A DNA stretch of 64,000 nucleotides from an uncultured Rhizobium sp. (GCA_964527775.1 CAZGQS010000002.1:16883-80882); one strand, 5' to 3'. Shown: positions 49,415 through 58,965, counted from the stretch's first letter. A program made the numbers and translations. The notes: generated from the letters alone by a model not told the origin.

Positions 49415-52216
49415 TTACAACTTACGTTTAACTTCTTCTTCTACGAAAACCTCGAGGTAATCGCCTTCTTCAATGTCGTTGTAATTCGAAATTTGAAGTC
49501 CGCACTCGTATCCCTTGGTCACTTCTTTCATATCGTCTTTGAAACGTTTTAAAGAAGCTAAGCTACCTTCATGTTTAACCACACCGTTGCGAATGACGCG
49601 TATTTTACTTCCGCGCTCCACTTTTCCGTCGGTAACATAAGAACCTGCAATGGTACCCACTTTAGTAATTTTGAATACTTCGCGAATTTCAACGTGACCA
49701 ATGACTTTCTCAACGATTTCAGGAGACAACATGCCTTCCATAGCCGATTTGATTTCTTCAATGGCTTGGTAGATGATGCTGTAGGTTCTGATATCAATTT
49801 GTTCATTTTCAGCAATCAATCTAGCCTTAGCAGATGGTCTCACTTGGAAACCAACAATGATAGCGTCAGATGCCGAAGCCAACAATACGTCACTTTCGGT
49901 GATTTGTCCAACACCGCTGTGAATCACGTTAACGGCAATTTCATCGCTACTCAACTTCATCAAGGCGTCTGTCAATGCTTCTGAAGAACCATCTACGTCT
50001 GCTTTAACAATAACTTTCAATTCCTTGAAGTTACCAATTGCCAAACGACGTCCAATTTCATCAAGGGTAATGTGACGCTTGGTTCTGATACCTTGTTCAC
50101 GCACCAATTGTTGACGTTTGTTTGCAAGTGTTTTGGCTTCGTCTTCGTTGGCCATGATGGCGAAAATATCACCAGAAGTTGGTGCATCTGAGAATCCTAA
50201 TATTTTAACTGGTGTAGATGGTGGTGCCTCTTCGATTCGTTGTCCACGTTCATTGAACAATGCACGAACTTTCGCATATTGAGCGCCAGCTACCATATGG
50301 TCACCCACTCTTAGGGTACCTGTTTGAATTAATAGGGTACAAACTATACCTCTTCCTTTTTCTTGAGTTGCTTCGATGACGGTACCTTTAGCTCTTCTGT
50401 CAGGATTAGCCGTAAGCTGCATCATTTCTGCTTCCAAAAGTACTTTTTCAAGAAGTACATCTATGTTAAGACCTTTTTTAGCACTGATTTCTTGAGCTTG
50501 GAATTTACCACCCCAATCTTCAACCAAGATATTCATAGATGCCAATTGTTCGCGAATTTTATCTGCGTTAGCACCGTCTTTATCAATTTTGTTGAATGCG
50601 AAAATCATAGGAACACCTGCTGCTTGAGCATGTGCGATAGCTTCTCTTGTTTGAGGCATGACGCTATCGTCAGCTGCAATAACAATGATGGCCATATCTG
50701 TAACTTTGGCACCACGAGCACGCATAGCGGTAAACGCTTCGTGACCTGGAGTGTCTAGGAAGGTGATTTTCTTACCGTCTTTCAATGTTACTTCATAGGC
50801 TCCAATGTGCTGTGTGATACCACCTGCCTCACCGGCAATTACGTTTTCCTGACGGATATAATCGAGCAACGATGTTTTACCGTGGTCAACGTGTCCCATC
50901 ACCGTAACGATAGGAGCTCTTGGCTTTAAATCAGCGGGGTTATCAATTTCTTCATCAACGGCTTCAACTTGAGATTCTGCATCAACAAATTGTACTTCAA
51001 AGTGGAAGTCGTCTGCCACCAATTGAATGGTTTCAGCGTCAAGACGTTGGTTGATAGAAACCATCATACCCAAAGCGAAACATTTAGAAATTACTTGAGT
51101 AACTGGAACGCTCATCATAGTTGCCAATTCATTGGCTGTCAAGAATTCTGTTACTTTAAGAACTTTGCTTTCCTCGTCTTTGCGGCGTCTTTCAGCTTCG
51201 AAACGGCGGTTACGTTCTTCTTTATTGTCTGTTCTTTTTCTATCGCGCCCGTTCTTCTTACTGCCCATTCTGTTGAAGGTAGATCTCACATTGGTATTCA
51301 CCTGTGAGGTAGTAACTTCTGGTTTTGGAGATGTAACGGGTTTGTGTGCTTTATTGTGTTGATGTTCACGTTGAACCGTTTCTTGAACGGCCACTTTAAC
51401 TTCAACACCTTTTTCTTTGCGTTTACGTTTTTTGCGGATCTCTTGCATGTCCTTACGGGCTTCTTGTGCAAGCGATGAGTTTCCGCTTTTCTCAACTGGT
51501 AAAAGGATTTTTCCTAAAACTTTAGGGCCAGAAAGAACTTCTCTTCTGGTCTCGTGTCTTTCGGGTTCATCAGATACTGTTACTTCAGCTGCAGGAGCTT
51601 TAACCTCTTCAACAGCTGGAGCTTCTTCCTTAATTTCTACAGGCGCAGGAATTGGGGTTTCTACTTTTACTTCAACGGGTGCAGGGGTTTCAACTGGGAT
51701 TTCTTCTTTTACTTCAACAGGTGCAGGTGTTTCAACCTTAACCTCTTCCACTATTTTCTTACTTTTCGGAGTAAGATCAATTTTCCCAATAACTTTTAAT
51801 CTTGATGCTGGTTTCTCCTCAACAACTTCTTCTACTGAAACTTCAACTGGGGCTGGGGTATTTTCTACTTCAGCTGGTTGGATTGTTTCGGTAATTGGAG
51901 TTTCAATTGGGGTTTCTACAACGGGCTCAGGAGCTGATACCACAATGGGTTCAGGTGCGGAGATTGTTTCTACTGTCTCTACTTTTTCACGAGTAGGAAC
52001 TGGGCGAGCGGGTTGATTCGCTTTTAGTTTGTCAGCTTCTTCTTTTGCAGCTCTGTCTGCTGAAAACTCTTTCAGACAAGCTTGATACATATCCTCGGTT
52101 ATTTTGGTTGTAGGACGTGCATCAACACTAAAGCCTTTCGAATTTAAAAAATCGGCTATAGCAGTGGCACTGCGATTGATTTCTTTGGCAACTTTTGCTA
52201 AACGGTATTCCGCCAT
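49415..52216 (-). CDS. infB: Translation initiation factor IF-2
   Basis: [20 protein letters not shown] and NKID G-motifs; C-terminal LKRFKDD...ECG. Confidence 0.98.
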   Translation of the reverse strand: MAEYRLAKVAKEINRSATAIADFLNSKGFSVDARPTTKITEDMYQACLKEFSADRAAKEEADKLKANQPARPVPTREKVETVETISAPEPIVVSAPEPVVETPIETPITETIQPAEVENTPAPVEVSVEEVVEEKPASRLKVIGKIDLTPKSKKIVEEVKVETPAPVEVKEEIPVETPAPVEVKVETPIPAPVEIKEEAPAVEEVKAPAAEVTVSDEPERHETRREVLSGPKVLGKILLPVEKSGNSSLAQEARKDMQEIRKKRKRKEKGVEVKVAVQETVQREHQHNKAHKPVTSPKPEVTTSQVNTNVRSTFNRMGSKKNGRDRKRTDNKEERNRRFEAERRRKDEESKVLKVTEFLTANELATMMSVPVTQVISKCFALGMMVSINQRLDAETIQLVADDFHFEVQFVDAESQVEAVDEEIDNPADLKPRAPIVTVMGHVDHGKTSLLDYIRQENVIAGEAGGITQHIGAYEVTLKDGKKITFLDTPGHEAFTAMRARGAKVTDMAIIVIAADDSVMPQTREAIAHAQAAGVPMIFAFNKIDKDGANADKIREQLASMNILVEDWGGKFQAQEISAKKGLNIDVLLEKVLLEAEMMQLTANPDRRAKGTVIEATQEKGRGIVCTLLIQTGTLRVGDHMVAGAQYAKVRALFNERGQRIEEAPPSTPVKILGFSDAPTSGDIFAIMANEDEAKTLANKRQQLVREQGIRTKRHITLDEIGRRLAIGNFKELKVIVKADVDGSSEALTDALMKLSSDEIAVNVIHSGVGQITESDVLLASASDAIIVGFQVRPSAKARLIAENEQIDIRTYSIIYQAIEEIKSAMEGMLSPEIVEKVIGHVEIREVFKITKVGTIAGSYVTDGKVERGSKIRVIRNGVVKHEGSLASLKRFKDDMKEVTKGYECGLQISNYNDIEEGDYLEVFVEEEVKRKL

Positions 52217-52328
52217 AATTTCATTCAAATTTAATGGTATCCTTTATAACTCCCAAGGATTTATCGGGGAAACTGCAAATGGAATTTCCCCGATCGGCTC
52301 CAAAGGAAGGCCGTTTTTATAAATTGTC

Positions 52329-53582
52329 TTATTCTTCGTCGAATTCTTCGCGTAGAATTTTCTGCACTTGAAGAATGGTTTCTTCTTCTAGGTCAGTGCG
52401 TTGGAGAAGATCTTGAACTGAGGTTCTCAGTACATCTTTTGCAGAGTCTAGGCCAATTTTCTTAAATTCTTCGATAATCCAAGTATCGATTTCGTCTAAG
52501 AATTCGTCCAAATCAACGTCGTCTTCAGAATCGGCATTGACACGATAAACTTCAATTTGATATCCGGTCAATTTAGACGCTAACTTGATGTTATGTCCGC
52601 CACGTCCTATAGCTAAAGAAACCTGATCGCTTTCAAGGTATACGTTAGCGGTTCCGTCTTGGATGTCCATTTTGCTAATTGCAGCAGGTTGGAGAGCGCG
52701 TTGAATGAAGAGGGTTTCATTGGTGGTGAAGTTGATCACGTCAATATTTTCATTGCGTAATTCTCTAACAATACCATGAATACGAGCACCTTTTACACCC
52801 ACACAAGCCCCAACTGGATCAATGCGGTCATCGTAGCTTTCAACGGCCACTTTAGCTCTTTCACCTGGTTCACGTACAATTTTCTTGATGGTAATCAAAC
52901 CGTCTAAGATTTCAGGAACTTCCAATTCAAACAAACGTTCCAAAAATTCAGGAGAGGTACGAGAAAGGATGATTTTTGGGCTTCCCTTATCCATTTCAAC
53001 ATCTTTAATGACAGCACGAATGGCGTCACCTTTTTTGTACATATCGCGAGGAATCATTTGGTCTTTAGGAAGGGTTAATTCGTTTCCTTCGTCATCAAGA
53101 ACCATGATTTCACGTTTCCAAACATTATAAACCTCACCTGTGATAATTTCACCGCGGCGATCTCCGTATTTACGGAACAATTCGTCTTTTTCAAGTTCAA
53201 TGATTCTAGACATCAAAGCTTGGCGAGCGTTCAACACGTTTCTACGTCCGAAGTCTTCCAAGCCAATTTGTTGAATACAATCTTCTCCCACTTGATAGTC
53301 GGCTTCAAGTTGCTGAGCATCTGAAAGAGAAATATGTAGGTTTTCATCTTCTACTTCGCCTTCTTCCACAATCAGTCGGAGGTGGTACATTTCAATATCA
53401 CCGGTTTCGGTGTTGATGATGATGTCAAAATTAGCTTCTTGACCGTACTTCTTTTTAAGGATGTTTCTAAATACATCTTCAAGCACGCGCATCATGGTGG
53501 CGCGGTCGATGTTCTTGAATTCTTTGAATTCTGAGAAACTTTCCACTAGGTTTATACCTAGCTCTTTGGACTTTGCTTTCAT
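52329..53582 (-). CDS. nusA: Transcription factor NusA
   Basis: REPGERAKVAV, DPVGACVG and SLAIGRGG; position in the rimP-nusA-infB operon. Confidence 0.97.
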   Translation of the reverse strand: MKAKSKELGINLVESFSEFKEFKNIDRATMMRVLEDVFRNILKKKYGQEANFDIIINTETGDIEMYHLRLIVEEGEVEDENLHISLSDAQQLEADYQVGEDCIQQIGLEDFGRRNVLNARQALMSRIIELEKDELFRKYGDRRGEIITGEVYNVWKREIMVLDDEGNELTLPKDQMIPRDMYKKGDAIRAVIKDVEMDKGSPKIILSRTSPEFLERLFELEVPEILDGLITIKKIVREPGERAKVAVESYDDRIDPVGACVGVKGARIHGIVRELRNENIDVINFTTNETLFIQRALQPAAISKMDIQDGTANVYLESDQVSLAIGRGGHNIKLASKLTGYQIEVYRVNADSEDDVDLDEFLDEIDTWIIEEFKKIGLDSAKDVLRTSVQDLLQRTDLEEETILQVQKILREEFDEE

Positions 53583-53583
53583 A

Positions 53584-54048
53584 CTATTTAAAACTTATGA
53601 TAATTTTTGCTTCTTTTATGTCTGAAAAGGGAACGTCAACAGGTTGAATTTCTATTTTTTTCTTTCCTTTTTCTTTGTATTCGTTCAATATTTTAAGGAT
53701 ATCACCCTCAATGGCCTCAAGCTTTCCGGTGTAGGAATTTTCTTGGGTATGAATTTCAAAAGATCTCCCTATATGTTTGTGAAATTGTCTAAAGTCTCTA
53801 AGAGGAGCATCAGCTCCTGGTGAAGAAATTTCGAAGGTAAAAGGATGATCTCCAAAGTCGTCTTCATCAATCAAATTAGAAACTTGTTTGGTGAAATCGG
53901 CCAAGGATTTCATTGAAAGAGGTTCTTGAGAGTCAACATAAAAGCGGAACAAACCGGTAGGACTTACCGTGTAATGAACTACAAAAAGATCAAAAGCTTG
54001 GGCTTCTTGATCAACGAGGGCTTTTAATTTTTCTCCTAACTTTTTCAT
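53584..54048 (-). CDS. rimP: Ribosome maturation factor RimP
   Basis: EISSPGADAPL motif; synteny with nusA. Confidence 0.92.
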   Translation of the reverse strand: MKKLGEKLKALVDQEAQAFDLFVVHYTVSPTGLFRFYVDSQEPLSMKSLADFTKQVSNLIDEDDFGDHPFTFEISSPGADAPLRDFRQFHKHIGRSFEIHTQENSYTGKLEAIEGDILKILNEYKEKGKKKIEIQPVDVPFSDIKEAKIIISFK

Positions 54049-54055
54049 ATCCAAT

Positions 54056-54090
54056 AAAAAAGGGGACTGCTTTTCGCCTGCCCCCTTCCT
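54056..54090 (-). promoter_or_regulatory. rimP leader terminator-like hairpin
   Basis: AAGGGGGC-AGGCGAAAAGCA-GTCCCCTTTTTT just upstream of the rimP start; TATATTTG promoter element near 54123-54116. Confidence 0.65.
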
Positions 54091-54169
54091 AACTTTTAAC
54101 TTTGGAAAAGTCTTGCAAATATAGCAAAAATTTAGAAATTTTCACCACAATTGCGCTTGATATCTACAA

Positions 54170-54532
54170 TTATTCGTCAAATACGATAATCTCTTCTTGT
54201 TCGAAGTACTCAATGATGTGTTGTCTGAGCAAATTTTCTTGTTCCAACAAGGTTAAATTAGGAATGGGCTGATCTTTTTCCCAAACGGGCCACCCGTTCT
54301 GGTCTTGTCCAATGAGTTTATAATACCCCGAATAACTTAGCACCCTGCAATTAGCAATGTGCATGAGGTGCGTTTTCTCTTCTTTTGTGAAGGGTTTCTC
54401 GTTTATTTGTCCGAGTTCTCTGATACCAATCAAAAACAACACCGCATTCAAATCGGGTTTTTTTTCGAAGTTCTTTTCTATAAACTCCACTACTTGGAGC
54501 CATTTCGATTTTATTTCTTTGTGGAGGGACAT
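54170..54532 (-). CDS. Conserved Bacteroidota hypothetical protein
   Basis: PDLNAVLFLIGIRELG...FTKEEK..LMHIA.C..LS..GYY...D..GWP.W pattern. Confidence 0.8.
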   Translation of the reverse strand: MSLHKEIKSKWLQVVEFIEKNFEKKPDLNAVLFLIGIRELGQINEKPFTKEEKTHLMHIANCRVLSYSGYYKLIGQDQNGWPVWEKDQPIPNLTLLEQENLLRQHIIEYFEQEEIIVFDE

Positions 54533-54540
54533 TTTTTTGG

Positions 54541-54644
54541 TTGTCGGTTTTCAGTTTTCAGTTTTCAGTTTTCAGCCTCGGCTCTCGGCTCTCGGCTCTC
54601 GGCTGACGGCTGACGGTTGACGGCTTTCGGCTGACCGCTGAATT
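54541..54644. repeat. Degenerate heptamer array (about 15 units)
   Basis: ttgtcgg ttttcag x4 cctcgg(6 nt) ctctcgg x3 ctgacgg x2 ttgacgg ctttcgg ctgaccg ctgaatt. Confidence 0.9.
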
Positions 54645-54709
54645 CTGTTTTGCAAAACTAAACATTGCAATGCAGAACATTGGGTAGGTGTGAGTAAATT
54701 TGTTGAAGA

Positions 54710-55519
54710 ATGAATACAGAAAGTACCTCTAGGCATGATCATTTGGAACAAAAAGATACTTTTCAGTTGTTGCAGGGTATCAATGATGAAGATCAAACCA
54801 TTGCTGGACAGGTGACCAAGGCCATTCCGCAAATAGCGGCGTTGGTAGATGCCGTTTATGAGAAAATGAACCATGGAGGACGACTGTTTTATTTGGGGGC
54901 GGGAACTTCAGGGAGGCTGGGAATTGTTGATGCGTCTGAATGTCCGCCAACCTTTGGGGTAGATTTTGATCGGGTCATTGGACTGATTGCTGGCGGGGAT
55001 AAAGCCATTAGAAGGGCCGTTGAGAATGCGGAAGATGATGAAAATCAAGGGTTTGAAGATTTGAAGGCATGGAATGTAAATCAGAACGATTTTGTGATTG
55101 GAATCGCTGCATCTGGTAGAACCCCATATGTAGCTGGGGCGTTGACTGCTTGTAATGAACTTGGTGCTGGAACAGGTTGCGTGGTGTGTAATGAGGGTTC
55201 AAGAGTGGCAGAAGTTGCTCAATATCCCATTGAAATTATTACAGGTCCTGAATTTGTGACGGGTTCTACGCGCATGAAGGCAGGTACTGCTACTAAAATG
55301 GCCTTGAACATGATTACTACCTCGGTGATGATTAAATTGGGACATGTGAAGGGAAATAAAATGGTAGATATGCAGTTGACCAACCATAAGTTGGTTGAAA
55401 GAGGAACGAGAATGATTGTGGAAGAAACCGGACTTTCACAGGAGGAAGCTCGAGCGTTGCTCCTGCAGATGGGAAGCGTACGCAGGGCTGTTGATGTCCA
55501 CCGAAAGGAAAAAAATTAA
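54710..55519 (+). CDS. murQ: N-acetylmuramic acid 6-phosphate etherase
   Basis: GAGTSGRLGIVDASECPPTF, GPEFVTGSTRMKAGTA and N.MVD..TN.KL. Confidence 0.96.
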   Translation: MNTESTSRHDHLEQKDTFQLLQGINDEDQTIAGQVTKAIPQIAALVDAVYEKMNHGGRLFYLGAGTSGRLGIVDASECPPTFGVDFDRVIGLIAGGDKAIRRAVENAEDDENQGFEDLKAWNVNQNDFVIGIAASGRTPYVAGALTACNELGAGTGCVVCNEGSRVAEVAQYPIEIITGPEFVTGSTRMKAGTATKMALNMITTSVMIKLGHVKGNKMVDMQLTNHKLVERGTRMIVEETGLSQEEARALLLQMGSVRRAVDVHRKEKN

Positions 55520-55980
55520 GCGAGAATTTCCCAAGTTTTGTCTGGGAGCAATCTTACAGTGTTGATGAACTGCTCGAATGGCATGGTTTTGCCCCATTCG
55601 TAGGGCGCAATCATGGTGAGCACTTGACTTCCGTCAGTTTTCTGATAGAGGTGATAAATGCCGTGAATGATGGGTTCGAAGTTAATTTCAGCCTGGTAAA
55701 TGGAGTGGGAGAGCGCGAGTCGGTCTTCGATGGCTTTTGCTTGTTTGATGAGCAGTTCGGCCTGTTTTTTAAGCATTTGAATTTGTTGCTCGGCCTGATG
55801 CTGCATAGCCTCATGGGCGTTGGCCTTGAGCAAACGTTTATCGATGGGTTCAATTTTAGGAGAACTTACCGTCAATGCATAAGGAGCAGAATGCAACTCA
55901 CCCTGATAGAGGGCATCTTTCAGGAACAGTGGACGGTTGTCTTGGGTGGTGTTAGATTGAACTTCGTTGTCTTCAGACAT
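55516..55980 (-). CDS. DUF2452-like protein
   Basis: PY..TVSSPKI, FEPIIHGIYHLY and L..IAP.EW...V.LL.D.TW motifs. Confidence 0.75.
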   Translation of the reverse strand: MSEDNEVQSNTTQDNRPLFLKDALYQGELHSAPYALTVSSPKIEPIDKRLLKANAHEAMQHQAEQQIQMLKKQAELLIKQAKAIEDRLALSHSIYQAEINFEPIIHGIYHLYQKTDGSQVLTMIAPYEWGKTMPFEQFINTVRLLPDKTWEILA

Positions 55981-55994
55981 GCTTAACTAACCAT

Positions 55995-56981
55995 TCAAAC
56001 TCTGTTTTGGTTTTTTAATAGCTCCGCAATTTGTACGGCGTTGGTTGCGGCCCCTTTTCTGAGGTTGTCTGACACTACCCATAAGTTCAATGTGTTGGGT
56101 TGAGATTCGTCCAATCGAATTCGTCCTACAAAAACTTCGTCTTGGTCATGCGCGGTGAGCGGCATGGGGTATGACAGATTCTGGGGATCGTCTTGGAGGA
56201 TGATACCCGGGAAATCAGTCAATAATTGTCGGGTTTCAGAAAGCGTGGGTTGATGTTCAAATTCTGCATTAATACTTTCCGAATGTCCGCCCATGGTGGG
56301 TATTCTCACGGTGGTGGCGGTGATTTTCAAGTCAGGAAGCGACATAATTTTGCGGGTTTCGAGAATCATTTTCATTTCCTCTTTGGTGTAGCCATTTTCT
56401 TGAAAAACGTCTATGTGAGGCAGAACATTCAGGTCAATGGTATAGGGGTATACTTTGGGAGCCTCAATACCTGCTCTTTCATTCATGAGTTGTTCCACGG
56501 CTTTTTGTCCGGTACCGGTCACAGATTGATATGTGCTCACAATCACTCTTTTTAGGGAGTATTTTTGGTGAAGGGGTTTTAAGGCTACCACCATTTGGAT
56601 GGTGCTGCAGTTGGGATTAGCAATGATCATTGAATCATTGAGTGCTTCGGGATTGACTTCGGGTACGACCAATGGAACGGCAGGATCCATGCGCCAAGCA
56701 CTGGAATTGTCAATGACATAGCAACCAATTTCAGCAAATTTTGGTGCCCACTCCAAGGAAGTACTTCCACCTGCTGAAAAAAGAGCAATTTGAGGTTTTA
56801 AAGAAAGTGCCTGCATCATTGATACCACCGAATAAGATTTTCCGTTGAATTGAATTTGTTTACCCACGCTACTTTGCGAGGCTACTGGAATCAATTCAGT
56901 TACAGGGAAATTTCGTTCTTGCAGAACTTGCAACATTTTTGTTCCCACCAATCCGGTGGCACCAACTACGGCTACTTTCAT
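55995..56981 (-). CDS. asd: Aspartate-semialdehyde dehydrogenase
   Basis: VVGATGLVG, IDNSSAWRM, ANPNCSTIQ and DNLRKGAATNAVQIAE. Confidence 0.97.
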   Translation of the reverse strand: MKVAVVGATGLVGTKMLQVLQERNFPVTELIPVASQSSVGKQIQFNGKSYSVVSMMQALSLKPQIALFSAGGSTSLEWAPKFAEIGCYVIDNSSAWRMDPAVPLVVPEVNPEALNDSMIIANPNCSTIQMVVALKPLHQKYSLKRVIVSTYQSVTGTGQKAVEQLMNERAGIEAPKVYPYTIDLNVLPHIDVFQENGYTKEEMKMILETRKIMSLPDLKITATTVRIPTMGGHSESINAEFEHQPTLSETRQLLTDFPGIILQDDPQNLSYPMPLTAHDQDEVFVGRIRLDESQPNTLNLWVVSDNLRKGAATNAVQIAELLKNQNRV

Positions 56982-57181
56982 TATTTTACGTATTGTGTGT
57001 TATTGGTATCGCTGCTGCTGGTATCGTTCATCAATTCATCAAACGCAGCGTCTTGAGTGGCTTGATCTGTGCTGTCTTGTGTGGTTTTTTGCTCTTCAGT
57101 GAATGCACCTTCGTTGTTTGTGCATGCACCCATTGAAATGATTGCCGCAATGGCAATGGCTGGGATAATGATTTTTTTCAT
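56981..57181 (-). CDS. Small acidic lipoprotein
   Basis: MKKIII...MGAC lipobox; stop overlaps the asd start. Confidence 0.6.
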   Translation of the reverse strand: MKKIIIPAIAIAAIISMGACTNNEGAFTEEQKTTQDSTDQATQDAAFDELMNDTSSSDTNNTQYVK

Positions 57182-57185
57182 GGTA

Positions 57186-57671
57186 TTATTCATTTATGAT
57201 ATCAAAAAAGTCGTTCCAATTGCCGTAGTCTTTTTTTCCGACGGAAGTTTCCTTTTGGCAATTAATGTGTATTCCGAAGATAGGGTTTCCGTTTATAAGT
57301 TGATGAGCAGATGCTTCGTTTGGCTCAATAGAAATGAGTACTTCATCTTGAAATAAAAGGCTGCCATTTTGGTTCATCAAAAGCCAATCTTTTATTTCTG
57401 GAAAATGGGGTTTTAGAAGAGATAGCAGATCTTCATGGCATTGAATTCCATCTACAGGTATGATGTTCATCCAAGCATTGATTTTATCGATGTTTGGTTC
57501 ATGAACTTCTAAGATGATTTTTGGTCCAGAGCACCAACCTATAATTTCTTGCACCTGCTGAACGGGTATTGACGTTTCACCGTCTATGGCAAATCCCATC
57601 CATTCTGCCATAGCAGCAGCGGCATAGCGAGCATCACCAAGGTCTTGAATGCTATTAAATTTTATTTTCAC
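57186..57671 (-). CDS. TrpF-like (phosphoribosylanthranilate isomerase-like) short paralog
   Basis: KIKFNSIQDLGDARYAAA...WMGF and EIIGWCSGPKIILE resemble the Bacteroidota TrpF-like family. Confidence 0.6.
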   Translation of the reverse strand: MKIKFNSIQDLGDARYAAAAMAEWMGFAIDGETSIPVQQVQEIIGWCSGPKIILEVHEPNIDKINAWMNIIPVDGIQCHEDLLSLLKPHFPEIKDWLLMNQNGSLLFQDEVLISIEPNEASAHQLINGNPIFGIHINCQKETSVGKKDYGNWNDFFDIINE

Positions 57672-57685
57672 TTTAAATGATTCAT

Positions 57686-57713
57686 AAAAAAGGCCACCTT
57701 TTGGCAGCCTTTT
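57686..57713 (-). terminator. Intrinsic terminator after PDH E2
   Basis: Minus strand GGCTGCC-AAAA-GGTGGCC-TTTTTT (with G:U pairs). Confidence 0.7.
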
Positions 57714-57720
57714 ATTTTGT

Positions 57721-58965
57721 TTATACTAACAATTTTACAGGCTCTTCGAGGTAGTCTTTGAGGGTTTGTAGGAAAGCTGCTCCCATAGCACCGTCAACAA
57801 CTCTATGGTCACAGCTTAGGGTGACCTTCATGGTTTTGACTGGTTTAATTTCACCATTCACAACACCTACACTGTCTTTCACCGTTCCAACTGCCAAGAT
57901 GCAAGCATCTGGGGGATTGATGATTGCTGTGAACTCATCAATACCAAACATGCCTAGATTGCTGATGGTAAATGTATTGCCAGCCCAATCTTGAGGTTGA
58001 AGTTTCTTTTCTTTTGCTTTTGCACCGTATGCTTTTACCTCGCTAGAGATTTGGCTGAGTGATTTATGGTCTGCAAAACGCACAACAGGTACCAATAATC
58101 CATCTTCAACTGCCATAGCAACACCAATGTGAATGTGGTTATTGTAACGAATTTTAGTGCCTAACCAGCTAGAATTGATGTTGGGGTGTTTTCTAAGTGC
58201 AGAAGCTGCCGCTTTTACCACAATATCATTCATAGAAATTTTCACTGAACTGATGGCGTTCATTTGTTCGCGCGCTTTCACTGCATTATCCATGTTGATT
58301 TCAATGGTTAAATAGAAGTGAGGTGCGGTAAACTTCGACTCACCCAAACGGGCTGCGATGGTTTTGCGCATTTGCGAAACTGGAACTTCGGTATAACTTT
58401 CTTCACCCATAACAGCAGTGCTGGTTACTGCAGCGTTAGACGCAGAGGCAGCAGGTGCTTGGATGTTTTCTAAATCTCTTTTAACAATGCGACCATTTTC
58501 GCCACTACCAGCCACTGCTTTAAGGTCTATGCCTTTGTCTTCCGCAATCTTGCGTGCTAAAGGACTTGCCTTCAATCGAGAATCATCGGAGGTGGTGGTA
58601 GGAGTTGCAACTGGTACAGGAGTATTTGTTGAAGAAGTTTCAGCTACTGGAGTAGTGTTAGCTTCTGGAGTTGCACTGGCTGTTTTGGGTGCTGAACCTC
58701 CTGCTAAAAGAGCTTGGAAATCTTCACCGGCAGCACCAACAATTGCAACAGGGGCATCAATGGCAGCAGCTTCACCTTCTTGCACCATGATGTGCAAAAT
58801 GGTACCCTTGGAGTATACCTCCATATCCATGGTTGCCTTATCTGTTTCAACTTCAGCGATGATGTCGCCACTTTTAACCGTATCTCCCACTTTTACTGTC
58901 CAACGAACAATAACCCCTTCGGTCATTGTGTCGCTCATTTTGGGCATGGTAATCAGTTCAGCCAT
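57721..58965 (-). CDS. pdhC: Pyruvate dehydrogenase E2, dihydrolipoamide acetyltransferase
   Basis: Single lipoyl domain ETDKATM, ASPLARK E3-binding domain and SCDHRVVDGA. Confidence 0.95.
   Translation of the reverse strand: MAELITMPKMSDTMTEGVIVRWTVKVGDTVKSGDIIAEVETDKATMDMEVYSKGTILHIMVQEGEAAAIDAPVAIVGAAGEDFQALLAGGSAPKTASATPEANTTPVAETSSTNTPVPVATPTTTSDDSRLKASPLARKIAEDKGIDLKAVAGSGENGRIVKRDLENIQAPAASASNAAVTSTAVMGEESYTEVPVSQMRKTIAARLGESKFTAPHFYLTIEINMDNAVKAREQMNAISSVKISMNDIVVKAAASALRKHPNINSSWLGTKIRYNNHIHIGVAMAVEDGLLVPVVRFADHKSLSQISSEVKAYGAKAKEKKLQPQDWAGNTFTISNLGMFGIDEFTAIINPPDACILAVGTVKDSVGVVNGEIKPVKTMKVTLSCDHRVVDGAMGAAFLQTLKDYLEEPVKLLV

Noticed and set aside
51417-52016. 199-aa plus-strand Ser/Thr/Gly-rich ORF
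   Set aside because: Antisense shadow of the low-complexity IF-2 linker.
1477-54644. Heptamer arrays as CRISPR arrays
   Set aside because: No 23-47 bp repeats with unique spacers and no cas genes.
54357-54874. Short ORFs crossing the heptamer array (FQFSVFSFQ, SREPRAES)
   Set aside because: Products of the stop-poor repeat; they overlap real genes on the opposite strand.
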